Assembly (NCBI GenBank): GCA_038215155.1
Contig: JBBQRF010000003.1
Span: forward strand, 553 to 64,552
Length of the DNA stretch: 64,000 bases
Source of the DNA: Minisyncoccia bacterium
Lineage (GTDB): Bacteria > Patescibacteriota > Minisyncoccia > Phycocordibacterales > CAJBRS01
Reading direction: 5' to 3'
The notes below the pieces were generated by a model. That model was given only the letters and a program-made list of their open reading frames with translations. It had not been told where the DNA came from and searched no databases. Both the position numbers and the translations under genes were made by a program. Shown piece after piece: positions 30,790-40,724 of the stretch. The stretch's first letter is position 1; every line of letters begins with the position of its first letter.

Positions 30790-32607
30790 TCATAGTTTTA
30801 GTTCTTGCAAGAATTGTTTCACTTGTTTTTGTTCAGCCAAAGCTCGTCTAGCCGCCATATACAGTGGCTGCAATAATTTTTCAAAATAACTTCGATCCCT
30901 AAGATTCTCAATTTTCCCTAATACATCTCTTGCTTTATCCAGGTGATATAAAATTTTTTCACTAACTGAGATAATTGTTTTTTCGGCAAAAATTTTTTGA
31001 AAAGTTTTTTCTTTATTTTTAAGATTTAATTTTTGAATGCTCGAGCAAGTGTAAGATTTAATAATCTCAGTCGAAACGCTATTAAGACGCCCCGCTTCGA
31101 GATCACTCCACCAATCATGTGCATCGTCGTTTAACTGTCTAGCAATTAAATAATGATGGTAATATTTTTTAATTTTCGGTCCGATAAAATAAATGGCAGC
31201 GATGGCTATTCCGATAGATTTTTCCGCTAGAATTGAAAAATCTCCATAATTAGGTAAAGAAAGGACAGACCATTTTTTAGCAGATTTAATTAGGCGGGTG
31301 TTTTGTATTTCCCAAGCATTAGCGAGCTCCATCTCCAAGAGGATTTGGTGAATAAATTCCAAAGACTTTGAGGAAGATAAGTTCTCATAAATTTTTAGCA
31401 TCTCTCTGTTTGAATGATTGGCAATTAGTAAACTTTCAATGGGGAGTTCATGATCCAGCAGATTATCATAAATTGTGTAAGAGAGGGTGCCATAAAGACT
31501 CGCTTGTCCTAAAAGAATATGGAATTTCTCGGGAATGCTCTGTCCTAGGCTGCGGATGACGTAATAGGGAATTAAAGTAATGGAATTTAAATGGTCTGTT
31601 TGCAGCAAAGGGTCGAGTATTTTTTCAGCCTGTAGAAACAGCTGATGAGGGAATTGCCGTAGACTCTGGCGTACCCACATTTTGATTTCTTTTTGTAATA
31701 AGAGGAGCGCATCGTCTGGCACTTTCTTTTGATTTTCTTCTTTTTTGAAAAAGAGTGTAAGAGCCTCTAATATGAAACTGGCAGTTAGGTAGGAACTTCC
31801 CGCCACAACAGGCTTTCCTCTTATATACTCTTCAACGTATAACGGGTAAACGCGCCAATTTTTCTGCTCACTGATTTTTAATAAGTGACTGATCGCTTTC
31901 TGTAAACCTTCTTTTTTTGCTCCAAATCTAATCAAAGTACTTAGAGCGAGTGCAGTTTCCAAATCATTGCTCCATAAACCATTTGGATTTTGATGCTTTA
32001 GGATTTCCTGGCAGGCCTCTAATTCGCAATTACCGTCATAAAACTTTGAAAGGAAATAGAAAGTTATGATGGGCGAGAGATAATATTTAGATTTTATAAA
32101 GGGTTTTTTAATGAAGCCTTCAGCTAATTTATTTAGGGGCGGTAGAGAAATTTCTTGGAGTCTTAGAAAAAAACCAATATTAAAATTAACCACTATATCA
32201 ACGTCATTCCATTTAGGACGAAGAGTTTTCGAAACGATCCAGGTGTAATAAGGTCCACCCGGCTTTATTTCAGAAGATATTAAATGGGAGGTATAACTAG
32301 CCAAGGCATCCGGGTTAATTAGAGAAGGGCAGTGTATTTTAATAGCCGAAATAATAACGGAAATATCATCTAAATCGGCAGGTAGGAGATTTTGGCGATC
32401 TTTATTCCGCCAATATTTCCAAGTCCAATTTAGGCCCTTATGATTTAGTAATAAATCTATATCCCTCTTAGCTAATTTTTTAACTAGGGTTTCTTCTTTT
32501 AACTCTGCCAGAGAATTTAGTATTAATGCCTCCTCAAAATTATTTAACGAAGGGGGTTTCTTGAGAAGATAGTTGAGAATTGATTTGTTGATTTTTTGGA
32601 GATTCAT
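30790..32607 (-). CDS. Hypothetical protein (605 aa), downstream of and probably co-transcribed with the histidine kinase
   Basis: ORF only. Overlaps the kinase gene by about 68 nt. Confidence 0.45.
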   Translation of the reverse strand: MNLQKINKSILNYLLKKPPSLNNFEEALILNSLAELKEETLVKKLAKRDIDLLLNHKGLNWTWKYWRNKDRQNLLPADLDDISVIISAIKIHCPSLINPDALASYTSHLISSEIKPGGPYYTWIVSKTLRPKWNDVDIVVNFNIGFFLRLQEISLPPLNKLAEGFIKKPFIKSKYYLSPIITFYFLSKFYDGNCELEACQEILKHQNPNGLWSNDLETALALSTLIRFGAKKEGLQKAISHLLKISEQKNWRVYPLYVEEYIRGKPVVAGSSYLTASFILEALTLFFKKEENQKKVPDDALLLLQKEIKMWVRQSLRQFPHQLFLQAEKILDPLLQTDHLNSITLIPYYVIRSLGQSIPEKFHILLGQASLYGTLSYTIYDNLLDHELPIESLLIANHSNREMLKIYENLSSSKSLEFIHQILLEMELANAWEIQNTRLIKSAKKWSVLSLPNYGDFSILAEKSIGIAIAAIYFIGPKIKKYYHHYLIARQLNDDAHDWWSDLEAGRLNSVSTEIIKSYTCSSIQKLNLKNKEKTFQKIFAEKTIISVSEKILYHLDKARDVLGKIENLRDRSYFEKLLQPLYMAARRALAEQKQVKQFLQELKL

Positions 32608-34015
32608 TGATGATGGGAAAAGTAAGACAAAATACCGAACCGATCCCTTCTTTACTAGTTACTTGAATAGTGCCGTGTAAATCTTTTTTAGTAATCTGCT
32701 TTATAGTAGAAAGGCCAAGCCCAACTCCCTTTTGTTGTTTGGTAGTAAAGAATGGGTCAAAGATCTTCCCTAAAATATCCTCTTTAATGCCACAACCCCT
32801 GTCCGCTACAGTAATGGCAGCTAGTCCATTGGTTGTTTCTAGTCTAATTTCTATTGGTAATTTTTCTTCTAAATTTTCGTAAGAGTCTAGAGCGTTACAA
32901 ATTAGATTACTAACTACTTGTTGTAATCGAAGGGGATTACCCCAGACCTCAATTTTCTCCGGAGGCCAAAAGATAATTTCCACCCCTTCAGTTTTAGTTT
33001 TGTAGCCAAGTAGTAATATCACTTCATTTATCTGCTCATTTAAAGAAAAAAGCTCATAGGTTTCGGTTTGTTTTAATTGTTTTTTCACCACCTGCACGAA
33101 ATTTTCCATGCGATTGGCAGCCACTACTGCCCGATTAACACTCTCCTTTACTAAAGGAAGTTCTGAGTACACGGCGCTGTCTAAGTTATTGAGGTTTGCA
33201 CTAACGGCCGAGAGGGGATTGATTAGGTCATGAAATACGCCTGAAGATAGTCGGCCAAATTCCGCAAAACGATATAGCTCGGCCATTTTTTCGGCTTGTA
33301 GCTGGCGTAATTCACTAGTTCTCTCGGTTACTATTTGCTCTAAGTTTTTATTTTGCTCTTGAAGAGCACCCTCGGATCGGCGGGCTCTTTTTAGAGATTT
33401 AGTAATTTCTCGATTAGAGAGCCAGGAAATAAAGGAAATCATCAAATAGGTAAGGGAAAATTCCACTACGTCATTTATTTCAGTCTGGTCTTTCTTCCAT
33501 GCTTGGGCAAAACTAATTAAGCCGTGTCCATTTAAAATAGTGAAAGATATAATAGTAATGGCAATGATGAGAGTAGACAGAAATCCCACCCGGCTATCAA
33601 AAAGGATGCTGCTCATAATAATGATCAGGGCATAAATCAGAATGACTTGATATAAATCGGGTCCCCAACGGTAAGCGCTGTAAGTAGCTCCGGTATAATA
33701 AAGAATTAGTAGGAGAAAAGAAGCGAGTCTGAACAGGCCGTGGCGGGATAGGATAAGTAGAATAACAAATGAAAAGTAGATAAGGGTAAATGAGTAGAGA
33801 GGAATTCCTAAATAGCTTTCTTTGAAGAAAATCCAGTTAATCCATTCAACGATCAATATTGCTTCGAAGGTAGCTAAAAAGGAAATGGAACCGCAAAGGA
33901 TTATATTTAGAATTAATTCTTTTCGTTGGCTGTCTTCATCAGTTGAAAGAGGCCGCAAAAGAAGTTGGTAAAAACTAGAGGCATAGGGCGCCAAATAAGA
34001 ATATATTTTTTTCAT
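32540..34015 (-). CDS. Membrane sensor histidine kinase (HisKA + HATPase_c); no response regulator nearby
   Basis: Multi-TM N-terminus, H-box [12 protein letters not shown]-box [10 protein letters not shown]-boxes DRGCGI and GVGLGLS. Confidence 0.85.
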   Translation of the reverse strand: MKKIYSYLAPYASSFYQLLLRPLSTDEDSQRKELILNIILCGSISFLATFEAILIVEWINWIFFKESYLGIPLYSFTLIYFSFVILLILSRHGLFRLASFLLLILYYTGATYSAYRWGPDLYQVILIYALIIIMSSILFDSRVGFLSTLIIAITIISFTILNGHGLISFAQAWKKDQTEINDVVEFSLTYLMISFISWLSNREITKSLKRARRSEGALQEQNKNLEQIVTERTSELRQLQAEKMAELYRFAEFGRLSSGVFHDLINPLSAVSANLNNLDSAVYSELPLVKESVNRAVVAANRMENFVQVVKKQLKQTETYELFSLNEQINEVILLLGYKTKTEGVEIIFWPPEKIEVWGNPLRLQQVVSNLICNALDSYENLEEKLPIEIRLETTNGLAAITVADRGCGIKEDILGKIFDPFFTTKQQKGVGLGLSTIKQITKKDLHGTIQVTSKEGIGSVFCLTFPIINESPKNQQINSQLSSQETPFVK

Positions 34016-34344
34016 TCATTCAAATCTAAGCGCCATTATACCCGTAGTTTTGAAGGCAAGATAGCTTCTATTTTAGACGTTATCCCACGGACTAAAAGCC
34101 TCATTCAAGGCAGCAGCCTTAATCTCTTCTTTTTGGCGAGAAGCTTTATTTAGAAGCATTTTAGCCATTAAACTTTTCATAATTTTATTTATTAAATGAT
34201 AATGTTTCCGCTCGACCTATCAGAACATTAGTCATTTTGGCATTTAGAGGTTAAAGGAAAATTAAAGTTTTATTAAAATCTACCTATTAATTATATACAA
34301 AGACGTGGTATAATAATTCTATTAACAATTAAGGAACTAAATCA

Positions 34345-34599
34345 ATGGCAAAAGAAAATTCAGCATTTATGAAACCGATGAATTTGAGCCCTGAACTGGA
34401 AGCGGTGGTAGGAAAGGGTCCAATGCCTCGATCGGAAGTGGTAAAAGCCCTCTGGGTCTATATCAAGAAGAATAATTTACAGGATCCGACTAACAAGCGA
34501 AACATCAATGCAGATGATAAGTTGGAGAAAGTCTTTGGAGGAAAGAAGACGGTTAATATGTTTGAAATGACTAAGTTGGTGAGCAAGCATATTTCATAA
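34345..34599 (+). CDS. SWIB/MDM2-domain protein
   Basis: LSPELEAVVGKGPMPRSEVVKALWVYIKKNNLQDPTNKRNINADDKL. 84 aa. Confidence 0.75.
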   Translation: MAKENSAFMKPMNLSPELEAVVGKGPMPRSEVVKALWVYIKKNNLQDPTNKRNINADDKLEKVFGGKKTVNMFEMTKLVSKHIS

Positions 34600-34620
34600 G
34601 TAAAATAGATTTAGTATTTT

Positions 34621-34665
34621 AGAACCCAGACGGGCACCTTACGGTGCCCGTCTGGGTTCTTTCAT
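34621..34665 (+). terminator. Rho-independent terminator (agaacccagacgggcacc / ggtgcccgtctgggttct + ttc)
   Basis: About 18-bp stem directly after the SWIB stop. Confidence 0.8.
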
Positions 34666-34680
34666 GTTAGAATAAAGAAA

Positions 34681-35766
34681 ATGTTTCGTCGTCTTTTTAT
34701 TATTCTCCTTTTGCTTTTAGCCACTTTTAGCATATTCCTCCTTTTAAGTATTGTTTTTCCTTTTAACCCGGTTATTTACCAAATAGGAAAAAAGACCGCT
34801 GGCCTCGATAAGGCAGTGATCAAGGTCAAAGATATTTTTGAAGGCCAGTACAGGGAGATAGACCACCTTCTATATGATAAAAAGATGATTGCTCTGGCTA
34901 ATAACCCCCAACTAGCGACCAGCTCTACTTCTACTATCAAAAACCTTTGGCCAGTAAAAAATGATGCCTATCCTCTAGGAGGGGCTATCCTGCCTTTTCA
35001 TAGAATTGTGGCTTATTATGGGAATTTTTATTCTAAAAATATGGGCGTTCTTGGTCAATATCCACCAGATGAGATGATCAGCCGTCTTTCGGTGGAAGTA
35101 AAAAAATGGCAAGAAGCTGATCCAGAAATCCCAGTCATTCCAGCCATTCACTACATTGCCGTAACGGCCCAAGGAATGGCAGGCACAGATAATAAATATC
35201 GCCTCCGCATGCCCGACGATCAAATTCAAAAGGCCATTGATTTGGCTGGCCAAATCAATGGCCTGGTCTTCCTAGATATTCAAGTCGGTCAAAGTAATTT
35301 AGAGGCTGAGATTCCTGCTTTAGAAAAATATTTGAAGTTACCACAAGTACATTTAGCAATTGATCCAGAATTTTCTATGAAGAGCGCCGCAAAACCAGGC
35401 AGTATCATTGGCACCATGGACGCGAACGACATAAATTACGCTACTAATTTTTTGGCTAAAATAGTTAATGAAAATCATTTACCGCCTAAGATTTTAATTG
35501 TGCACAGATTCACTCAGAATATGGTTACTAATTATCAAAATATTAAATTATTACCAGAAGTGCAGATTGTCATGGATATGGATGGGTGGGGACCAGAAGC
35601 AAAAAAGATTGGCACATACAAACAAGTTATTTTTCCCTATCCCGTGCAGTTTGCCGGCTTCAAACTTTTTTATAAAAACGACACCCTCTCCGCTTCAAGT
35701 AGTTTGCTAGTGGCGAAAGATCTTTTAAAGCTTCGACCAATTCCTATTTATATTCAATATCAGTAA
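34681..35766 (+). CDS. Hypothetical exported/membrane-anchored protein (361 aa)
   Basis: N-terminal TM/signal. Confidence 0.45.
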   Translation: MFRRLFIILLLLLATFSIFLLLSIVFPFNPVIYQIGKKTAGLDKAVIKVKDIFEGQYREIDHLLYDKKMIALANNPQLATSSTSTIKNLWPVKNDAYPLGGAILPFHRIVAYYGNFYSKNMGVLGQYPPDEMISRLSVEVKKWQEADPEIPVIPAIHYIAVTAQGMAGTDNKYRLRMPDDQIQKAIDLAGQINGLVFLDIQVGQSNLEAEIPALEKYLKLPQVHLAIDPEFSMKSAAKPGSIIGTMDANDINYATNFLAKIVNENHLPPKILIVHRFTQNMVTNYQNIKLLPEVQIVMDMDGWGPEAKKIGTYKQVIFPYPVQFAGFKLFYKNDTLSASSSLLVAKDLLKLRPIPIYIQYQ

Positions 35767-35804
35767 AGGTTGACAAAATAGGGTTAGAGAAGTTATATAA
35801 GGAT

Positions 35805-36728
35805 ATGAAAACCCTTAAATCCGCTTCATTTTTAGTAATTCTGTTTCTTACCTTTTTGGCTTTGCCGGGAAAGAGTCTGGCCGCCGTACCCACCCTTAGT
35901 TTAAATAGCTTTAACAATAATTCTGTTCAAGTGACCGTAAATGGAGATCCCAATTCTTCCATTACCCTTTACTACTACTCGATAGGCAATTCTAACGTCA
36001 ATAACATCGGTAATATTGGCACTACTAATTCGAGCGGCTATTTTTCCACCAACTTAAATAATGGTTCGTATAACATTCCAGCCGGTAGCAATGTTTACAC
36101 AGTAGTGAACGGTCAACAATCAAATCAAGTTAATTGGCCGTACAACAATAATTACAACAACAATAATAATTCCATTTCCTTTAGTCAGAATAATATTTCT
36201 CTAAATGCCGGGCAGGGGATGACCATTACTATTTATGGAGCAAGTAGTTTCTATGTTTCTTCAAACTCTAATTCCAATATCGTATCTAGCACCCTAAGCG
36301 GTAACGCTTTGAATTTGTACGGCCAAAATTCTGGCTCGGCCACTCTAACCATTTGCTCAAGCAATGGAAATTCAAGTTGTGGCACCTTATACGTAAATGT
36401 TAATGGGAATTACGGCAATGGAAATTATGGTGGCTATAACAACAACAACAATGGCTGCTATTACAGCAACGGCTACTATAATTGTCCGAACAACAATTCC
36501 GCTAACTATTCTAATCCAGTCATTTATACTCAAACCGAACCTTCTAATTATTCAGGAGCCTATGGGAGCCCTTCGGCCGGAGTATTTTTAAGCCAAGTAC
36601 CGGCGACGGGAGGCGCAGTTAACCTTAAAATGACTCTTTTCTTTCTAGGGCTATTTAGCTGGAGCGCCTTCCTAAGTTATCTATATCTTAGCCACCGAGC
36701 GTTGAAAAAGTCCTTGACGAACATTTAG
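35805..36728 (+). CDS. Asn/Ser/Gly/Tyr-rich surface protein with two Ig-like repeats and a C-terminal sorting signal (VPATGG + TM + basic tail)
   Basis: Signal peptide, N-rich low-complexity repeats, and the C-terminus SQVPATGGAVNLKMTLFFLGLFSWSAFLSYLYLSHRALKK. Confidence 0.6.
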   Translation: MKTLKSASFLVILFLTFLALPGKSLAAVPTLSLNSFNNNSVQVTVNGDPNSSITLYYYSIGNSNVNNIGNIGTTNSSGYFSTNLNNGSYNIPAGSNVYTVVNGQQSNQVNWPYNNNYNNNNNSISFSQNNISLNAGQGMTITIYGASSFYVSSNSNSNIVSSTLSGNALNLYGQNSGSATLTICSSNGNSSCGTLYVNVNGNYGNGNYGGYNNNNNGCYYSNGYYNCPNNNSANYSNPVIYTQTEPSNYSGAYGSPSAGVFLSQVPATGGAVNLKMTLFFLGLFSWSAFLSYLYLSHRALKKSLTNI

Positions 36729-36920
36729 TCCTGTGTAATATCGGCTTTAGTCATACGTTATATTATTAAGTAAAGTCGTTTGCTTATTAGTTACTAAATC
36801 TTACTTTTATGACAAGTTTAATGATAGTAAATCTTTCTTTCTTGCTAGCAGGGGCCGCCATGGTTCTTGGAACTATTGCTTATTCTTACCGACGCTGGGG
36901 CAATTAATCTAAGACCTTGA

Positions 36921-36970
36921 AAAGCCCGAGAGAATTTTGCCAGAAGCAAAATTCTCTCGGGCTTTTCTTC
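36921..36970 (+). terminator. Rho-independent terminator (aaaagcccgagagaattttgc cagaa gcaaaattctctcgggctttt)
   Basis: 21-bp perfect stem plus a T-rich tail. Confidence 0.8.
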
Positions 36971-37035
36971 ATGAGTAAACTCATCAAAAAAGGCGATATG
37001 ATATGATAATTAAATTAATAAATTAAAAAATCGAT

Positions 37036-37524
37036 ATGAATAAAAAACTAGTAATAACTCTTTTGACGATAGTTTTGATTGTCGTCGTGGGATGGGCAGT
37101 AATTCACTCAAGTAATGGCACCAATGATACTAGTGTTCAAGATTCAGGCAATTCTGCCCCTAAAACCACCGAAGAAGGCACAGGAGCAGCCACTATTACT
37201 ACAATCACTAACAGCACTACCACTAGCCAAACAACTGGTACTCCAGCGGTGAAGAGCTTTACAATTCATGGTCAAGATTATTCTTTCAGCCCCAATCAAA
37301 TTAGTGTTAATAAAGGGGATACAGTAAAAATCACTTTTATCGATGACGACGGCTACCACAACTTAATAATAGAAGGTTTGAATGTTAAGACCCAAACTAT
37401 TCCTTCCGGAAAGACTGATAGCGTTACTTTTGTGGCTTCCAAGACCGGAAGTTTCAATTTTTATTGTTCCGTTGGGAACCACCGTGCTGAAGGAATGACG
37501 GGAGTATTGGTGGTTAAAGGATAA
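37036..37524 (+). CDS. Membrane-anchored type-1 (blue) copper protein, cupredoxin/plastocyanin-like
   Basis: N-terminal TM, Thr/Ser linker, then a cupredoxin domain with the ligands H (DGYHNL), C (FYCSVGNH), H and M (EGM). Confidence 0.7.
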   Translation: MNKKLVITLLTIVLIVVVGWAVIHSSNGTNDTSVQDSGNSAPKTTEEGTGAATITTITNSTTTSQTTGTPAVKSFTIHGQDYSFSPNQISVNKGDTVKITFIDDDGYHNLIIEGLNVKTQTIPSGKTDSVTFVASKTGSFNFYCSVGNHRAEGMTGVLVVKG

Positions 37525-37536
37525 TTACCACTTTCA

Positions 37537-39036
37537 ATGAAATTTATTGATGACATGTTAAATAAGACTAGCATGTATGGTTTAACCCTATACGGATTAA
37601 TTTCTCTTGCCTTCATCTCAACTATTTTTAGTCTCCTTGGCCTAATTACTATTAGCTGGCTTTCTTTAGTTATCACTTTATTACTACTGATTGCAGTTTG
37701 CGGATTAGTTAATTATCTGTTTAGTCTAGTCTTAAAAATTCCACTCAACCAAGAATCCTCTCACATTAGCGCCTTAATTCTTTTTTTTGTTCTCAATCCT
37801 GTTTCGGACCTGAGGAGTTTTTATGTGGCCATACTGGCTGCCACTCTAGCCATGACTTCTAAATATGTTCTGAATATCTGCGGTAAACACATTTTTAATC
37901 CAGCGGCTATCAGCGTCTTTATTTTAGATCTTGTGGGAATTCACGCCGCAATTTGGTGGGTTTCTTCACCCATTTTAATTTTACCGATTATTATCCTTGG
38001 ATTTTTAATTTTGCGTAAAATTAAACGTCTAGGTCTATTTACTTCCTTTGCCATAACTAGTCTCCTAACTATATTCCTATTCCAATTTAGAGATTTCTCT
38101 CAGGGCCTACTTGATTTAGAGCAAGCCATTATTTGGGGGCCATTAGTATTTTTCGGCACCATCATGCTGACTGAACCCTTTACCTTACCGCCGACCACTG
38201 TTAAAAGATCTATTTACGGCGTTCTGGTGGGTTTTCTGTTCGGATTGCCATACCATCTTGGTCCTCTGTTCTCTAGTCCAGAAACCGCGTTAATTGTAGG
38301 AAATATTTTTTCATATTTAGTAAGCTTTAAATCTAAAATTAAATTATTTTTAGTAAGGAAAGAACAGATTTCCGATCATCTTTATGATTTAGTTTTCCGC
38401 CCAGAAAGAAGCTTCGCCTATCAAGCAGGGCAGTATATGGAGTGGACCATGTCCAATGTTTCTTTCAATTTAAAAGGCAACCGTCGTTACTTTACTTTGG
38501 CTTCTTCTCCTACAGAAAAAGATATTCGTTTGGGTATTAGTTATCATCCGGACTACCCCAGCGCCTTCAAAGAGAAAATGCTCTCCATGAAAGAAGGTGA
38601 GAGTCTCGTCGCTGATAATCTGGCGGGAGACTTTGTTCTTCCGCGAAACCCAAAAGAGAAAATGGTTTTCATCGCGGGAGGGATTGGAGTTACACCATTT
38701 CGAAGCATGATTAAATACCTTATCGACAAAAAGGAGCAACGAGACATTATTATTTTTTACTCCGTAACCAAGAATGCCGATCTGGCTTACCAAGACGTTA
38801 TTCAAGAAGCTCAAACTAATGTAGGGATTAAATTCATAAGGGTGATTACGGATGAAAAAATTCAAGATGAAATACCTTCCAAAATCACCGTCGATTTAAT
38901 AAAGAGAGAAATTCCGGACTATAAAGAAAGAATTTTCTATCTCTCCGGTCCTCCCGGTATGGTTAAGAATTTCCAGAGCCTGTTAGTGAAGTTAGGAGTG
39001 AAAAAAATCAAGACAGACTTCTTCACCGGCTATTAG
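37537..39036 (+). CDS. Polytopic membrane domain (RnfD/NqrB-like?) fused to an FNR-type FAD/NAD(P)-binding reductase domain
   Basis: C-terminal RYFTLASSP (RxYS FAD motif) and FIAGGIGVTPFRSM (NAD(P) motif). N-terminal roughly 270 aa hydrophobic, with GKHIFNPAA and four TM-region His. Confidence 0.6.
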   Translation: MKFIDDMLNKTSMYGLTLYGLISLAFISTIFSLLGLITISWLSLVITLLLLIAVCGLVNYLFSLVLKIPLNQESSHISALILFFVLNPVSDLRSFYVAILAATLAMTSKYVLNICGKHIFNPAAISVFILDLVGIHAAIWWVSSPILILPIIILGFLILRKIKRLGLFTSFAITSLLTIFLFQFRDFSQGLLDLEQAIIWGPLVFFGTIMLTEPFTLPPTTVKRSIYGVLVGFLFGLPYHLGPLFSSPETALIVGNIFSYLVSFKSKIKLFLVRKEQISDHLYDLVFRPERSFAYQAGQYMEWTMSNVSFNLKGNRRYFTLASSPTEKDIRLGISYHPDYPSAFKEKMLSMKEGESLVADNLAGDFVLPRNPKEKMVFIAGGIGVTPFRSMIKYLIDKKEQRDIIIFYSVTKNADLAYQDVIQEAQTNVGIKFIRVITDEKIQDEIPSKITVDLIKREIPDYKERIFYLSGPPGMVKNFQSLLVKLGVKKIKTDFFTGY

Positions 39037-39068
39037 AAGATGACAAAGGATGACAAGGATAGAGTTCT

Positions 39069-40691
39069 GTGGTTAACTACTGCTACTCTATGAATTTATC
39101 TAAAATCTGGCTAACAATAAAGGCCCATAAGGTAATTTCAGCTATTGTTATGGGTGCTATATTGATTTCAGCTTTTATTGGAATAAAGAAGGTAATAGCT
39201 GTAAATAGCCCCACTGAATATCTCTTAGGTACAGTTAGCACTAGCTCATTAGTGGCTACAGTAGAAGGAACGGGAGAAGTCTCTGCCAAAAATCAATTAA
39301 ACATTCTTCCTGAGGGTAATGGTCAGATTGTCAAAGTGTTGGCTCACCAGGGAGACAAGTTAAGAGCTGGTCAAGCCATTGCCATTATTGATGAAAAAAA
39401 CGCCAATGTTTCTTTGGCGCAGGCTCGGGCGGCCCTTCACTCCGCTGAGGCAAATTACAATAAATTAATCAATGGGGCCACAGGATCGACTCTGAACCAA
39501 GGACAAGTAAGTGTTCAGTCTTCTCTGAATAATCTAATAATTGCCGAACAGAGTGCTTTCACTCAATCAGATAATTTGATCCGTACCGACCTAGACAAGT
39601 TTTTCAATTCACCAACTGGCTTCTCACCTCAATTTCAGATTACATTTTATGACAGCAACACTAACTCCATAATAAAATTATCTCCGGCCGATCAAAATCA
39701 AACTCTAAATCTAAACTCTGAAAGAGTAGTTATTCAACAAGTACTCAATACCTGGCGATCTGATGTGGCGGCAAGCTCCAGTCTGGATATCTCTATTAAG
39801 ACTATCCGAACACTGCAGTATCTTAATCAGCTCAAAACCTTTGTTAACAATATTTCGGAAGCAGTGAATGCTGTTTATTTAAGTCAAACTAAATATCAGA
39901 CGAACTTAGATGTTATTAAGACAGACGTGGCGGCTGCAAGGGTTTCGATTGATAATCTCATTAATAATATCCAAACTAATCAGCAAGCCATTGCTAGTGC
40001 CCGGGCCAATTATTCCCTAACCACCGCCCCAGCTAGAGAAGAAGACGTCGCTATCTTAAAAGCCAATTTAGAAAGCGCCCAGGCCTCATATCAAGCAGCT
40101 GCAAATGCCTACAATAATAATATTATTAAAGCACCTTTTGCTGGCCAATTAGCTGTTCTCAATTCAAAACTAGGAGACGTAGTAAACGGTACGACGGTTG
40201 TGGGTATTCTAGTCACTCCACAAAAATTAGCAGAAATTACTTTAAATGAAGTCGATGTAGCTAAAATTACGGTTGGTAATCCGGCCACTCTTTCTCTTGA
40301 CGCCATACCAGACACAGTAGCTAGCGGTACAATAGTTGAAATTGATAGCGTCGGATCGTCCAATCAAGGAGTGGTGAGTTATAAAGTAAAAATTAGTATT
40401 GATAATTCTGATACGAGGATTCTTTCTGGTATGAGTGTTTCTGCTAGTATTGTTACCTTATCAAAATCAAATGTATTAGTAGTGCCTAAGACGGCTATAA
40501 AGACTACTAATGCAGGACTTCATTACGTTGAGAAATTCTCGGGACAGAATAAAGCCGGGAACATATCTACAAAGTCTAAGCCCGCAGAAGTAAATATTTC
40601 CACAGGATTTTCTAATGACACAGAGACAGAGATAATTAGCGGATTATCATCAGGTGAAGTCATTGTTTTTAAAGTGATTCCAAAGAAATAA
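39069..40691 (+). CDS. HlyD-family membrane fusion / periplasmic adaptor protein, with no transporter partner nearby
   Basis: N-terminal TM, long coiled-coil region, barrel motif IIKAPFAGQLAVLNSKLGDVV. Confidence 0.6.
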   Translation: MVNYCYSMNLSKIWLTIKAHKVISAIVMGAILISAFIGIKKVIAVNSPTEYLLGTVSTSSLVATVEGTGEVSAKNQLNILPEGNGQIVKVLAHQGDKLRAGQAIAIIDEKNANVSLAQARAALHSAEANYNKLINGATGSTLNQGQVSVQSSLNNLIIAEQSAFTQSDNLIRTDLDKFFNSPTGFSPQFQITFYDSNTNSIIKLSPADQNQTLNLNSERVVIQQVLNTWRSDVAASSSLDISIKTIRTLQYLNQLKTFVNNISEAVNAVYLSQTKYQTNLDVIKTDVAAARVSIDNLINNIQTNQQAIASARANYSLTTAPAREEDVAILKANLESAQASYQAAANAYNNNIIKAPFAGQLAVLNSKLGDVVNGTTVVGILVTPQKLAEITLNEVDVAKITVGNPATLSLDAIPDTVASGTIVEIDSVGSSNQGVVSYKVKISIDNSDTRILSGMSVSASIVTLSKSNVLVVPKTAIKTTNAGLHYVEKFSGQNKAGNISTKSKPAEVNISTGFSNDTETEIISGLSSGEVIVFKVIPKK

Positions 40692-40724
40692 ATTAGGTAA
40701 ATGCCCTTGTAGTACAATCTCCAT

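Noticed and set aside
35805-36728. Diversity-generating retroelement target (Asn-rich variable region)
   Set aside because: No reverse transcriptase, template repeat or near-identical repeat pair with A-specific differences is present in the window. The low complexity is compositional.
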